In this document: one piece after another, positions 1-9,142 of the stretch
Position numbering within the stretch: the stretch's first letter is position 1
Layout of the letters: each line of letters starts with the position of its first letter
NCBI GenBank assembly: GCA_964575805.1
Contig: CAZNSO010000005.1
Coordinates: 21,818 to 85,817 of the forward strand
DNA length: 64,000 nucleotides
Origin: an uncultured Desulfobacteraceae bacterium
GTDB lineage: Bacteria; Desulfobacterota; Desulfobacteria; Desulfobacterales; Desulfosalsimonadaceae
Direction: 5' to 3'
Notes under the pieces: model-generated
Told to the model about the DNA's origin: nothing
What the model saw: only the letters and a program-made list of their open reading frames with translations
Databases searched by the model: none
Made by a program: the position numbers and the translations under genes

Positions 1-1011
1 GAAATGGGGGTTTCCGCCCAGACCAACAAAGTGCTTGGACGGGACTTCACCATTGCCACGCTTATGGAAAAGGGGTACGAAGCGGTATTTCTGGCTTCCG
101 GCGGATGGGACAGCCGGCTGGAGCGGCTGAAGGACCAGGTTGTGGAAGAAGCGGTGCCCGGAACTTATCTGCTAATCGATCTTATAAAAACCGGCCTTGA
201 AAACCGGAACCACCTCAAAATTGCCGCGGACGTGGTGCTGACAGACACCGGCCCCCTCACCGAGGAAGCCGTCGATATCTGCCGCCACCTGGGCGCGGAA
301 AATATCACCATTATTTTCCGCCAGAGACGCGAAGCCTCACAGGTTGACGCCTCGCTCATGGAATCCCTGGAAAACGCGGGCGTCACTTTATTGTTCAACA
401 AAACGGTCACCTCTCTGAGCGGTATGGACGAAAAGTTGACTTCCATCGCATATATGGATCTGAGCAGCCGAAAAACCGACCAAATTCCCGCGGGAACGCT
501 GATACTGGAATCCGGTCGCTTCCCGGAACTGATCTTTACCCGGCAGGAGGCCCTGAACGAAGAAGAAGAAGAAGAAGAGACCGGGGCTAGGGGTGTTGCC
601 TGGGTCGGCCGGCCGCCCACAAAAAATCCGGCTGCCGGGCCCGATGTTTACGGCCTGTTTTCCCAATCCGATGTGATCACCGATTTCAGCGCGGCCATTC
701 GTGCCATCGCGGCCGGCCGCAGGGCTGCCGCCGCCATCCATAAACGCATGAACGGCATTCCCCTGGATCTTCCGGGCAATGTGGTCAGCTGCGGCACCAT
801 CCTCCAAACCGTGGACCACCTGGAGAACGTTTCCATCAGTCCCCGCGAGATTATGCCCATGTGCCGCATCCATGAGATTCCGGATAAGTGCCCGGAAATT
901 GAGAAAGGGTTCAGTGAGGAAAAAGCCCTGACAGAAGCGAACCGATGCCTTCAGTGCGGCTTGATCTGCTACTCGGATACCGCCCCCCGGCAATTGGAAG
1001 CGGTTTCCTGA
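1..1011 (+). CDS. FAD/NAD(P)-dependent oxidoreductase, GltD/NfnB-like, 5'-truncated at window edge
   Basis: The ORF is open to base 1 (frame 1). GltD-type segments GYEAVFLASGGWDSR and DVITDFSAAIRAIAAGRRAAAAIH are present, followed by a Cys-containing tail CLQCGLICY. It contains a Glu7 linker. Confidence 0.65.
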   Translation, partial: EMGVSAQTNKVLGRDFTIATLMEKGYEAVFLASGGWDSRLERLKDQVVEEAVPGTYLLIDLIKTGLENRNHLKIAADVVLTDTGPLTEEAVDICRHLGAENITIIFRQRREASQVDASLMESLENAGVTLLFNKTVTSLSGMDEKLTSIAYMDLSSRKTDQIPAGTLILESGRFPELIFTRQEALNEEEEEEETGARGVAWVGRPPTKNPAAGPDVYGLFSQSDVITDFSAAIRAIAAGRRAAAAIHKRMNGIPLDLPGNVVSCGTILQTVDHLENVSISPREIMPMCRIHEIPDKCPEIEKGFSEEKALTEANRCLQCGLICYSDTAPRQLEAVS

Positions 1012-1033
1012 TACCAACTGCCGAAAAGCGGGG

Positions 1034-1606
1034 GTGGGCAAGGATCAAACCGCCGCCCCCGCTAAAATTTCAGATGAGTTAAACATATTGGCTTTAGAAG
1101 AAGCGATTATCACCCGAACAAGCCGGGATAAGGCGTTTATCGTCACCCGCCGCACCACCGCCTGCGAAGGGTGCTCCGAGCGCCATGCCTGCCATTCCCT
1201 GGGCGGGATCAAAGAGATTGAAATCGAGGTGGCCAACCCGGTCCATGCAGAGGCGGGCGACACGGTGATGGTGGCATTTAAAACCAGCCAGTTGGTCCGC
1301 CTCTCGTTTATGCTCTACATCTTTCCCATCATTGCCCTGGTCATTGGCGCGGTTTTAGGCGATGCCTTCGCCGCCGGGTTTAACGCGGATGCCTCGATCT
1401 TCGCCGCCCTCTTCGGTTTCCTGTTTTTCGGAATTGCCCTGGGGGGGATAAAACTCAAAGACAGGGAGGCAAAAAAAACCGGCCGGTACCAGCCTGAAAT
1501 CGTCCAGATCAAAAAAAAGGGCCCCCCGCCCCGGGAAGGGGAAACCGGAACACTTTCCGGGTGCACCACCTGCCGGACGGGCGCCCCCCCTCAAACATCG
1601 GGCTGA
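1034..1606 (+). CDS. RseC/MucC-family (SoxR-reducing-system-like) membrane protein
   Basis: GTG start 23 nt after the upstream stop. An N-terminal Cys cluster ACEGCSERHACHS is followed by two hydrophobic helices (LYIFPIIALVIGAVLG, IFAALFGFLFFGIALGG). Confidence 0.6.
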   Translation: MGKDQTAAPAKISDELNILALEEAIITRTSRDKAFIVTRRTTACEGCSERHACHSLGGIKEIEIEVANPVHAEAGDTVMVAFKTSQLVRLSFMLYIFPIIALVIGAVLGDAFAAGFNADASIFAALFGFLFFGIALGGIKLKDREAKKTGRYQPEIVQIKKKGPPPREGETGTLSGCTTCRTGAPPQTSG

Positions 1607-1621
1607 AGCATCGGAATCCGT

Positions 1622-2710
1622 TCACAGGGGATATTCGAAGACCCGCCCCTCGAAATTCCTGACATACAATCGATCCTCGCCGATTTTTTCGACATATTCT
1701 GGCAGCAGCGGGATTTTTCCCCCGCCGCCGGGCAGATCAATCATGTAATGCGGCACCCCGATGCCCGGAATCCGGCCACGCAGGGCTCTCATGAGCTCCA
1801 GGCCCTTTTCCACGCTCGTCCGGAAATGCCGGGTGCCCTCCACAAGATCCGCCTGATGCAGGTAATACGGGCGAATTCGATTTTTCAGCAGTTCTTGAAC
1901 GAGCTGCATCAAAACCCGGGCATCATCATTTATCCCCTTTAACAGAACACTCTGACTGCCGAGCGGTATGCCCGCGTCGGCCAGCCGGGCGCAGGCGGAT
2001 CGGGCATCGGGCGTGAGCTCTGCCGGATGATTGAAGTGGATGTTGAGATACAAGGGATGAAATTTGCCGAGCAGGGAAACCAGGTCCATGGTAATACGGG
2101 CCGGCAGGGTACACGGGGCCCGGGAATGCACCCGGATAAGTTCCACATGCCCGATTGCCTTGAGCTGGGAACAAATTTCAGCCAACCGTTCATCCGGGAG
2201 CAGCAAAGGGTCGCCGCCTGAGAGGATCACTTCCCGAATGGCGGGGGTTTTTCGGATATAGGCAAGCCCCCGGGAAAGGCTCTGGTCCGTCACCCCTCCA
2301 CCCCGGCCCAGTCGACGCTTGCGCATGCAGAAACGGCAATACATGGCGCACTCATTGGAGACCATGAACACCGCCCGGTCCGGATAGCGATGAATCAGAT
2401 GGGGCACGGCTGACTGCGGCGCTTCAGCCAAGGGGTCCGGGACCAGATGCGCTTCGGTCTCCAGCTCTTCCGGGTCCGGCACGGCCTGGCGCCAAAGCGG
2501 TGCCCCCACCGCCTGAATGACGGAGAGATAGTACGGATTGATCCGCATGGGATAGCGCCGGATCACCCGTGCGACCGCCTCCTGATCAATTGCCAGCCAA
2601 CGGCCGAGTTCACCGGCCGAGCACAGGCTGCCCGCCAGAAGTTCCTGCCACCCGGAGCCTCCGGAAAACTGTCCCGCGGGCGGCCCCAGGGACTCATCCG
2701 CCCGGCTCAT
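1622..2710 (-). CDS. KamA-family radical SAM aminomutase (lysine 2,3-aminomutase-like, short form)
   Basis: Has the CX3CX2C motif CAMYCRFC, plus SGGDPLL, YLHQADLVEGTRHF and an N-terminal RINPYYLSVI. The ATG at 2710 overlaps the upstream stop as ATGA (2707-2710). The longer ORF start at 2755 is less likely. Confidence 0.8.
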   Translation of the reverse strand: MSRADESLGPPAGQFSGGSGWQELLAGSLCSAGELGRWLAIDQEAVARVIRRYPMRINPYYLSVIQAVGAPLWRQAVPDPEELETEAHLVPDPLAEAPQSAVPHLIHRYPDRAVFMVSNECAMYCRFCMRKRRLGRGGGVTDQSLSRGLAYIRKTPAIREVILSGGDPLLLPDERLAEICSQLKAIGHVELIRVHSRAPCTLPARITMDLVSLLGKFHPLYLNIHFNHPAELTPDARSACARLADAGIPLGSQSVLLKGINDDARVLMQLVQELLKNRIRPYYLHQADLVEGTRHFRTSVEKGLELMRALRGRIPGIGVPHYMIDLPGGGGKIPLLPEYVEKIGEDRLYVRNFEGRVFEYPL

Positions 2711-3795
2711 CCGCACAGCCCCACACCATGGATAAACGCCCCGCAATCGGGGCATTGATTATGCTGAACCCGGTTCTCCGTCACGCAAAACCCCCTCCGG
2801 AAGATCAAGGGCTCGCTGCAGTTGTGGCAATATGTGCTCTCACTGGGCTCACCCGGAACATTGCCGGTATAAACATACTTAAGCCCGGCTTCTATACCGA
2901 TATCTCTGGCCTGAAGCAGTGTTTCCACCGGCGTGGGGGGGCGGTCCGTCAACCGGTGGCAGGGATGGAACCGGCTGATGTGCCAGGGCGTCTCCCTCCC
3001 CAACTCTTCGGCAATAAAGCCGGCCAGCCTCCTTGCCTCGTCCGCGCGGTCATTCAAACCCGGGATTAGCAGCGTCGTCACTTCAACAAATATATCCAGC
3101 GTCTTCATCTGTCTCAGGGTCTCTTTCACCGGATCCAGACGCGCGGCGCACCAGTTTTTGTAAAAACCATCGGAGAATGCTTTTAAATCCACGTTCGCCG
3201 CATCCAGGTAAGGAGCGACCATTTCCAGGGCCGCTTCAGACAGGTACCCATTGGTGACAAAAACGTTCTTCAGGCCCGCCTGGTGGGCAAGCCTGGCAGT
3301 GTCCAGGGCGAGCTCAAAAAAAACCGTGGGCTCCGTATAGGTATAGGCAATGGATCTGCAGCCCTGCCGCAGGGCATCCTGAACCAGAGCTTCGGGGGTT
3401 GCCGGGCTTCCCTTTACCGGGTTGTCCGAATCGGCAGGCACATGGGCGATGGCCGCATTCTGGCAGAATCGGCACCTGAAGTTGCAGCCCGCCGCTGCAA
3501 AGGAATAGGAAAGGGTCCCGGGGAAGTAATGAAACAGGGGTTTTTTTTCAATCGGATCCACGTGACGGGCCACAACACGGTCATAGGCCAGGCTGTAAAG
3601 CGTCCCGCCCCTGTTTTCGCGAACACCGCAAACACCCCGGCGGCCATCCTTTATCACACAGCTGTGATGACAGAGGCGGCAGACCACTTTTTTGTCATCC
3701 GCTCTATCATCCGAATCGCCGATTTTCTCGTATAATTTCGCTTCCATGGGCATCAGACACCGCAAATACAGCCCTTCCCGTACGCAAGGCTTCAA
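2707..3795 (-). CDS. AmmeMemoRadiSam-type radical SAM enzyme (PflA-like activase family)
   Basis: Has the N-terminal Cys pattern CRLCHHSCVIKDGRRGVCGVR, DPIEKKPLFHYFPG, the radical SAM motif CNFRCRFCQN and a C-terminal CHNC..CPDC. Coordinates are the maximal ORF; the true start may be the ATG at 3753 or 3747 (MEAKLYEK). Confidence 0.8.
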   Translation of the reverse strand: MKPCVREGLYLRCLMPMEAKLYEKIGDSDDRADDKKVVCRLCHHSCVIKDGRRGVCGVRENRGGTLYSLAYDRVVARHVDPIEKKPLFHYFPGTLSYSFAAAGCNFRCRFCQNAAIAHVPADSDNPVKGSPATPEALVQDALRQGCRSIAYTYTEPTVFFELALDTARLAHQAGLKNVFVTNGYLSEAALEMVAPYLDAANVDLKAFSDGFYKNWCAARLDPVKETLRQMKTLDIFVEVTTLLIPGLNDRADEARRLAGFIAEELGRETPWHISRFHPCHRLTDRPPTPVETLLQARDIGIEAGLKYVYTGNVPGEPSESTYCHNCSEPLIFRRGFCVTENRVQHNQCPDCGAFIHGVGLCG

Positions 3796-3828
3796 ATGTA
3801 AATTTGTTTGGGGAAAACCGGCCCGCCT

Positions 3829-4650
3829 TCAATCGGGTCTCTCGCCGGCCTCCATTGCCTGCTTCCCTTCCACACGGGGACCGGATGAATGGCCGGGGCA
3901 ACTGATAACACCGCTGACCGCCTGGTTTGGTTTGGAATTGGCTCTAAGGGCCATGGGGATGGTCCGGAAACGGGGAACCGGCCAGGCCATAACGCCGGCG
4001 AAGGCCCCGAACGGAAAATGCTGCAGGACAGGGGAGGTTTCCATTCGATAGATCAGCCGGTGCGAACGGCCGGGCAGCAGGCATACCGTCCGCCAGAACA
4101 TGGGGACATTGCCAAGCAGCATGCGAAACATCCGCTCAACTTCCCAGATACTAAAAAACCGGGCTTGATTGAACAGGCTCGGGCGGAAGATGCCTTTAAC
4201 CCGCCGTTCAAGGGTTTTAAAGGCGTATTTGTTCAGCAATCCCACAAAAACCCCGTCTTTGGAAACCCGGCAGGCTTCCTCCAAAGCTTTTAAGGGATCC
4301 TCGACAAACTCAAGGGTCAGGCACAGGCAGGCATAATGGAAATAATTGTCGTCAAACGGCAGATCTTCAGCAAAAGCCCGGTGCAAATCCACCCGGGAGC
4401 CCACCCGGGCCTGCGCGATATCGAGCATATAAGGGGAAGCATCCACACCGGTCAAATACGCTCCCCTGCCCTGAAACGGCAGCAGACTGTGCCCGGTCCC
4501 GCAGCCGATATCGAGCAAGCGCTTGCCGCTCAAGGGCTGAATCATCGAAAGCATCAACCGGCCTTCAAGCTCCAGAGTCGCCCGGTTAGCCTGATTTTTC
4601 AACCATTGCTCATAGGCAAGGGCATCCTGATAATCGTATACATATCCCAT
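3829..4650 (-). CDS. class I SAM-dependent methyltransferase
   Basis: Carries the SAM-binding motif I LLDIGCGTGHS and the post-I acidic motif LTGVDAS. It lies on the same strand, directly upstream of the radical SAM pair. Confidence 0.75.
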   Translation of the reverse strand: MGYVYDYQDALAYEQWLKNQANRATLELEGRLMLSMIQPLSGKRLLDIGCGTGHSLLPFQGRGAYLTGVDASPYMLDIAQARVGSRVDLHRAFAEDLPFDDNYFHYACLCLTLEFVEDPLKALEEACRVSKDGVFVGLLNKYAFKTLERRVKGIFRPSLFNQARFFSIWEVERMFRMLLGNVPMFWRTVCLLPGRSHRLIYRMETSPVLQHFPFGAFAGVMAWPVPRFRTIPMALRANSKPNQAVSGVISCPGHSSGPRVEGKQAMEAGERPD

Positions 4651-4961
4651 ACCGGCTTGTTGTAATTAATCTTTCCGGATTTTTCAAGGCTAAAGACGCT
4701 TGTGCAGCATCAGGCGCAGTTGACGCCCTGTTGTTCAGAGCCCTGCTTTTTGATTTTTGCGCTTGTTTCTCCCTGGTTGGGCTGTTAAATTTAGGGGGTT
4801 GCGCCTTGAGCAGACCGGGGCGCCTTTGATCGCCCGGCAATCCCTGTACATGCCGGCGCTGCACCGGTTTCCACGGGGGAACATGTTCACCTGAAAAGCG
4901 GGGGGATTTTTTCCGCACTTCGTGCAGCCTGTATCTGTCTGAAAACAAAGGCAGGGGAAAA

Positions 4962-5813
4962 ATGAAATACGATAAATATCATGGCCTGGGAAATGACTAT
5001 ATCGTCATCGATCCGGATGAGTGCGGCGGCGTGCTGACGGCCGGGCAAATCCGGCGGATCTGCCACCGAAACTACGGCCTGGGCTCGGACGGCATTCTGC
5101 TGGGTCCGTTCAAGGATGCACAGGCCGATGCCCGGGTGAAAATTTTCAACCCGGATGGCAGTGAAGCTGAAAAAAGCGGCAACGGGCTTCGAATTTTTGC
5201 CCGCTGCCTGTGGGACAAGGGATTTGCCAATAAAGCCGATATGGCCGTTGCAACCTCCGGCGGCATTGTGCATTGCCGCCTGGATGAGACCTCCGGCCTT
5301 ATCCGCATTGACATGGGAACGGTTACTTTCCGAAGCGACGCGATTCCGGTAAGCGGACCGAGCAGGGAGGTGCTCGGCGAAGAAATAGTAATCGACGACG
5401 AAAAGCTTGTTTTTTCAGCGGCCGGCATTGGCAATCCCCACTGCGTGCTCCTGCAGGAATCCCTTTCGGCCGAGACCGCCCGCCGCCTCGGCCCCCGATT
5501 GGAGATCCACCCCCTGTTCCCCAACCGGACCAACGTGCAGTTTGTCAAACCCCTGGACCGGGATCACATTCAAATCGAGATCTGGGAGCGGGGAGCCGGC
5601 TATACCCTGGCTTCCGGCAGCAGCAGCGTCGCAGCGGCGGCAGTGGCCCATCGGCTGGGGTTTTGCGGCCCGGACGTAACGGTGCAGATGCCCGGCGGCA
5701 GCCTTGCCATCCACATGGGTCCGGACATGCGGGCAACCCTGGAGGGCCCGGTCATCCGGGTATCCGGGGGGTACCTGCACCCGGAACTTTTTGAGCAAAC
5801 CCTGCCGGCATGA
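4962..5813 (+). CDS. dapF: diaminopimelate epimerase
   Basis: Has KYHGLGNDYIVID, the active-site segment GNPHCV, and a second half with ERGAGYTLASGSS. Confidence 0.9.
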   Translation: MKYDKYHGLGNDYIVIDPDECGGVLTAGQIRRICHRNYGLGSDGILLGPFKDAQADARVKIFNPDGSEAEKSGNGLRIFARCLWDKGFANKADMAVATSGGIVHCRLDETSGLIRIDMGTVTFRSDAIPVSGPSREVLGEEIVIDDEKLVFSAAGIGNPHCVLLQESLSAETARRLGPRLEIHPLFPNRTNVQFVKPLDRDHIQIEIWERGAGYTLASGSSSVAAAAVAHRLGFCGPDVTVQMPGGSLAIHMGPDMRATLEGPVIRVSGGYLHPELFEQTLPA

Positions 5814-5938
5814 ACCCTCCCGCCGTCAGCAGGAGCGGGGGAGGCCGCGCGCGTCAAGCCCCGCTCTCCTCTTCGCAGGGAACCCGGGCCCGGCTTTTTG
5901 GCAGCACCAACAACACCAACAGGGATGACGAATAAACC

Positions 5939-7174
5939 ATGCAGGATTTTTTCAAGGTTACACCGCTGGCCACAGTTTTCGAGTACATGCAGCAGTTCCC
6001 GACCACACCCGCCGAGACCCTTCCCCTGCTGCAGGCGGCAGACCGGGTCCTGGCTGAAGATATTATCCCGGAGGCCGACTACCCGGAATTCAACCGGGCC
6101 ACCATGGACGGTTATGCCGTGAAGGCCGGCGACACCTTTGGCGCCTCGGAAACCAACCCGGTCTACCTGGACCTGACAGGCGCCATCACCATGGGGGAGA
6201 GCCCCCCGCATGGCTTGGGGCAAGGCCAGGCCATGGCCATATCCACCGGCGGAATGCTGCCGGAAGGCTCAGACAGTGTCGTCATGCGGGAATACGTAAC
6301 CCCCATTGACGCAGCCACCATAGAGATCGTCCGCAGTGTGGCGCCCTGGGCCAATGTCATCGCCGCAGGCGAAGATATGGCGGCCGGCGAAATCCTTCTG
6401 CCTTCCGGAACCCGGCTGCGCCCCCAGGAATGCGGGACTCTTGCAGCCCTTGGCCATTGCCGGGTCCTTGTTTACAAGAAACCGCTTATCGGGATCATCT
6501 CCACCGGCGATGAAATCGTTCCCATCGAGGCCGCCCCGTCAACGGCCCAGATTCGCGATATCAACACCTATACACTGTCAGCGATGGTGCCGCGATGCGG
6601 GGGCATCGCCAGGCCGTACGGGATTGTCCCCGATGATGCCAGGCAGCTGAAAAACGCCTGCCTGGAGGCCCTGAAGGATGTGGACATGCTGCTGATATCC
6701 GGCGGCAGCTCGGTTGGCACCCGCGACATCACCATTGAAGCCCTCAGTGCCCTTCCGGATGCCGAGATACTGGTTCACGGCATTCCGCTCAGCCCCGGAA
6801 AACCCACAATTCTGGCCCAATCCGGCCATATGCCCATCTGGGGGCTGCCCGGCCAGGTCACCTCCGCCATGATCGTAATGGAGCGGGTTATCCGTCCCTT
6901 TATCGAACATATGGCCGGGTGCAGGGAGGCGAAAGGCGATTGGGAAGCCAGCATTCCGGCTGTCCTTAGCCGCAACATAGCCTCCACCCCCGGCCGGACC
7001 GATTACGTCCGGGCGCGTCTGGTTGCCGACGGGCACGGGTGGCAGGCGGTGCCGATAACCGGCAAATCCGGCCTTATCAACACGATGCTCAGAGCCGACG
7101 GGCTTATTGAAATCGATATGAACACCGAGGGCCTGGAAAAAGGGGCGCCGGTCAATGTCGTTTTATTCACATAA
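5939..7174 (+). CDS. moeA: molybdopterin molybdenumtransferase MoeA
   Basis: Full MoeA architecture of 411 aa, with FNRATMDGYAV, the MoCF-binding segment ISTGDE...LISGGSSVG, and GLPGQVTSA. Confidence 0.9.
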   Translation: MQDFFKVTPLATVFEYMQQFPTTPAETLPLLQAADRVLAEDIIPEADYPEFNRATMDGYAVKAGDTFGASETNPVYLDLTGAITMGESPPHGLGQGQAMAISTGGMLPEGSDSVVMREYVTPIDAATIEIVRSVAPWANVIAAGEDMAAGEILLPSGTRLRPQECGTLAALGHCRVLVYKKPLIGIISTGDEIVPIEAAPSTAQIRDINTYTLSAMVPRCGGIARPYGIVPDDARQLKNACLEALKDVDMLLISGGSSVGTRDITIEALSALPDAEILVHGIPLSPGKPTILAQSGHMPIWGLPGQVTSAMIVMERVIRPFIEHMAGCREAKGDWEASIPAVLSRNIASTPGRTDYVRARLVADGHGWQAVPITGKSGLINTMLRADGLIEIDMNTEGLEKGAPVNVVLFT

Positions 7175-7189
7175 AAGGTCAGGGAAACC

Positions 7190-9142
7190 ATGAGTGCACA
7201 CAAGCGCAATATTTACCTGCAGAAAAAATCACTGGAAGCGGCCCGCCGGGTCATTTTTGACCGCTTTGCCGCAGCCCGCTTGAAAACCGAGCGCATCCCG
7301 GTGACCGACGCGGTCTCGCGGGTGCTGGCAGAGCCTGTTTTTGCCGCCATTTCTTCTCCCAATTTTCATGCAGCCGCAATGGATGGCGTGGCGGTGAAAG
7401 CCTCTGAGACATTCGGGGCATCGGAGGCCCGCCCCCTCCAATTGACGATCGGGCAGCAGGCGTTTCCGCTGAACACCGGCCACGTCCTGCCCAAAGGCTG
7501 CGATGCCGTGATCATGGTCGAAGAGATCAATGAAGCGGCCGGAGACCGGATTGAAATCGAATCGCCGGTCTATCCCTGGCAGAATGTCCGAAAAACCGGC
7601 GAAGACATGGTGGCCACGGAACTGGTCTTTGCCAGAAACCACAAAATCACCCCGTATTGCATAGGGGCACTCATTACCGCGGGCATCCAATCGGTATATG
7701 TATGGCGGCGGCCCCGGGTGCTGATCCTTCCCACCGGCTCGGAACTGGTGGAGCATGAAAATGCCGATCCCAAAGCGCTGCCGGCCGGAAAAATCCTGGA
7801 GTCCAACTCCCACATGCTTGGCAAACTGGTGGAGGCCTGCGGCGGGGACTGGACCCGGCACCCGGTGGTTGCCGACGAAACCGCCGTCATCCGCGAGGCC
7901 ATTGAAGCCGGGGATATGGATGCGATTGATCTCATCCTCGTTTTGGGGGGCTCCTCGGCGGGCTCCGAGGATTATACCCGCGCCGTCATTGAAGAATTGG
8001 GCGAAGTCCTTGTTCACGGCGTCACCATGATGCCCGGCAAGCCCGTTATTGCCGGGGCCATCAGGGAGACCCCGGTATTCGGAATGCCGGGTTACCCTGT
8101 ATCTGCCATTATCGCATTTGAGCAGCTGGTCCGGCCCCTCCTGCTTCGCCTGCAGCATCAGCCGGAACCGGAAATCCCGGTGGTAGAGGCCTTGCCAACC
8201 CGAAAACTGCCGTCCAGACTGGGAGTTGAGGAATTTATCCGTGTCAAGCTGGGCAAAGTGGGGCAGACCCTCGTTGCCACACCCCTGCCCCGGGGCGCCG
8301 GAAGCATCACCAGCATTACCGAGGCGGATGGGATCATCCGCATCCCGAGCCATATGGAGGGCTTCACAGCCGAGGCGCCGGTGCCGGTCAACCGGCTCCG
8401 ACCCTCAAGCGCCATTGATAACAATATTGTTTGCGTGGGCAGCCATGACAACAGCTTGGATATATTGGCGGATCTGCTTCGGGAGAAAAGCGGTCAAACA
8501 AGCTTGTCCTCCAGCCATGTCGGCAGCATGGGCGGGCTGATGGCCATAAAAAAAGGCTTGTGCCATATGGCCGGAACCCACCTGCTTGATACAGCCGACG
8601 GGAATTATAATATTTCATACATAAAACGATATGTGCCGGAAAAGGCGCTGCACCTGATCCACCTGGTGGACAGGGAGCAGGGCCTGATTGTCAAGCCCGG
8701 CAACCCGAAGGGCATAAGGGATATCAGCGACCTGGCCAGACCGGATATCCGCTTTGTCAACCGCCAGGGAGGCTCCGGTACGCGGATTCTCTTGGACTAC
8801 AGGCTGAAGCAGCTGCAGGTTTCCCCGGACGCCATTGCCGGCTATGCCACCGAGGAATATACCCATATGGCTGTGGCCGTGGCCGTGTTAAGCGATGCCG
8901 CGGATGTGGGCCTGGGGATTCACGCCGCCGCCAAGGCCCTGGAGCTCGATTTTATTCCGGTAGTTACCGAGTCCTACGACCTGATCATCCCGGATGAATT
9001 CCTGGAGACCTCATTTATCCGGATGCTCCGGGAGATTATGGTGTCTGAGGCATTTAAGTCCCGGGTGGCCGGAATGGGGGGCTATCACCTGGAAAATGCC
9101 GGGCAAATCATCTGGAGCAGCAGGCAGCACCATGCCCTATGA
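7190..9142 (+). CDS. MoeA paralogue fused to a C-terminal periplasmic-binding-protein-like (putative oxyanion-binding) domain
   Basis: The N-terminal ~400 aa is MoeA-like (FHAAAMDGVAV, LPTGSEL, VLGGSSAGSEDY, GMPGYPVSA). The C-terminal ~240 aa is PBP-like (VCVGSHDNSLDIL...FVNRQGGSGTR). Confidence 0.8.
   Translation: MSAHKRNIYLQKKSLEAARRVIFDRFAAARLKTERIPVTDAVSRVLAEPVFAAISSPNFHAAAMDGVAVKASETFGASEARPLQLTIGQQAFPLNTGHVLPKGCDAVIMVEEINEAAGDRIEIESPVYPWQNVRKTGEDMVATELVFARNHKITPYCIGALITAGIQSVYVWRRPRVLILPTGSELVEHENADPKALPAGKILESNSHMLGKLVEACGGDWTRHPVVADETAVIREAIEAGDMDAIDLILVLGGSSAGSEDYTRAVIEELGEVLVHGVTMMPGKPVIAGAIRETPVFGMPGYPVSAIIAFEQLVRPLLLRLQHQPEPEIPVVEALPTRKLPSRLGVEEFIRVKLGKVGQTLVATPLPRGAGSITSITEADGIIRIPSHMEGFTAEAPVPVNRLRPSSAIDNNIVCVGSHDNSLDILADLLREKSGQTSLSSSHVGSMGGLMAIKKGLCHMAGTHLLDTADGNYNISYIKRYVPEKALHLIHLVDREQGLIVKPGNPKGIRDISDLARPDIRFVNRQGGSGTRILLDYRLKQLQVSPDAIAGYATEEYTHMAVAVAVLSDAADVGLGIHAAAKALELDFIPVVTESYDLIIPDEFLETSFIRMLREIMVSEAFKSRVAGMGGYHLENAGQIIWSSRQHHAL

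Noticed and set aside
559-579. GAA x6 + GAG run encoding Glu7 in the GltD-like protein.
   Set aside because: It is a short low-complexity linker inside a coding region, with no sign of function beyond a flexible acidic spacer.
4610-4948. 112-aa highly basic ORF in the MTase-dapF intergenic region.
   Set aside because: It has no ribosome-binding site, its low-complexity basic composition is not coding-like, and it overlaps the methyltransferase start. It more likely reflects promoter or leader DNA.
7229-8353. Long antisense ORFs opposite well-supported genes. Examples: 7229-8353, 9479-10771, 11297-12217, 14524-15477, 18131-19006, 40111-41190, 53007-54221 and 60079-60828.
   Set aside because: Each lies entirely opposite a gene with unmistakable family motifs. 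Their translations are Arg/Gly/Pro/His-rich and motif-free, which is typical of shadow frames in GC-rich DNA.
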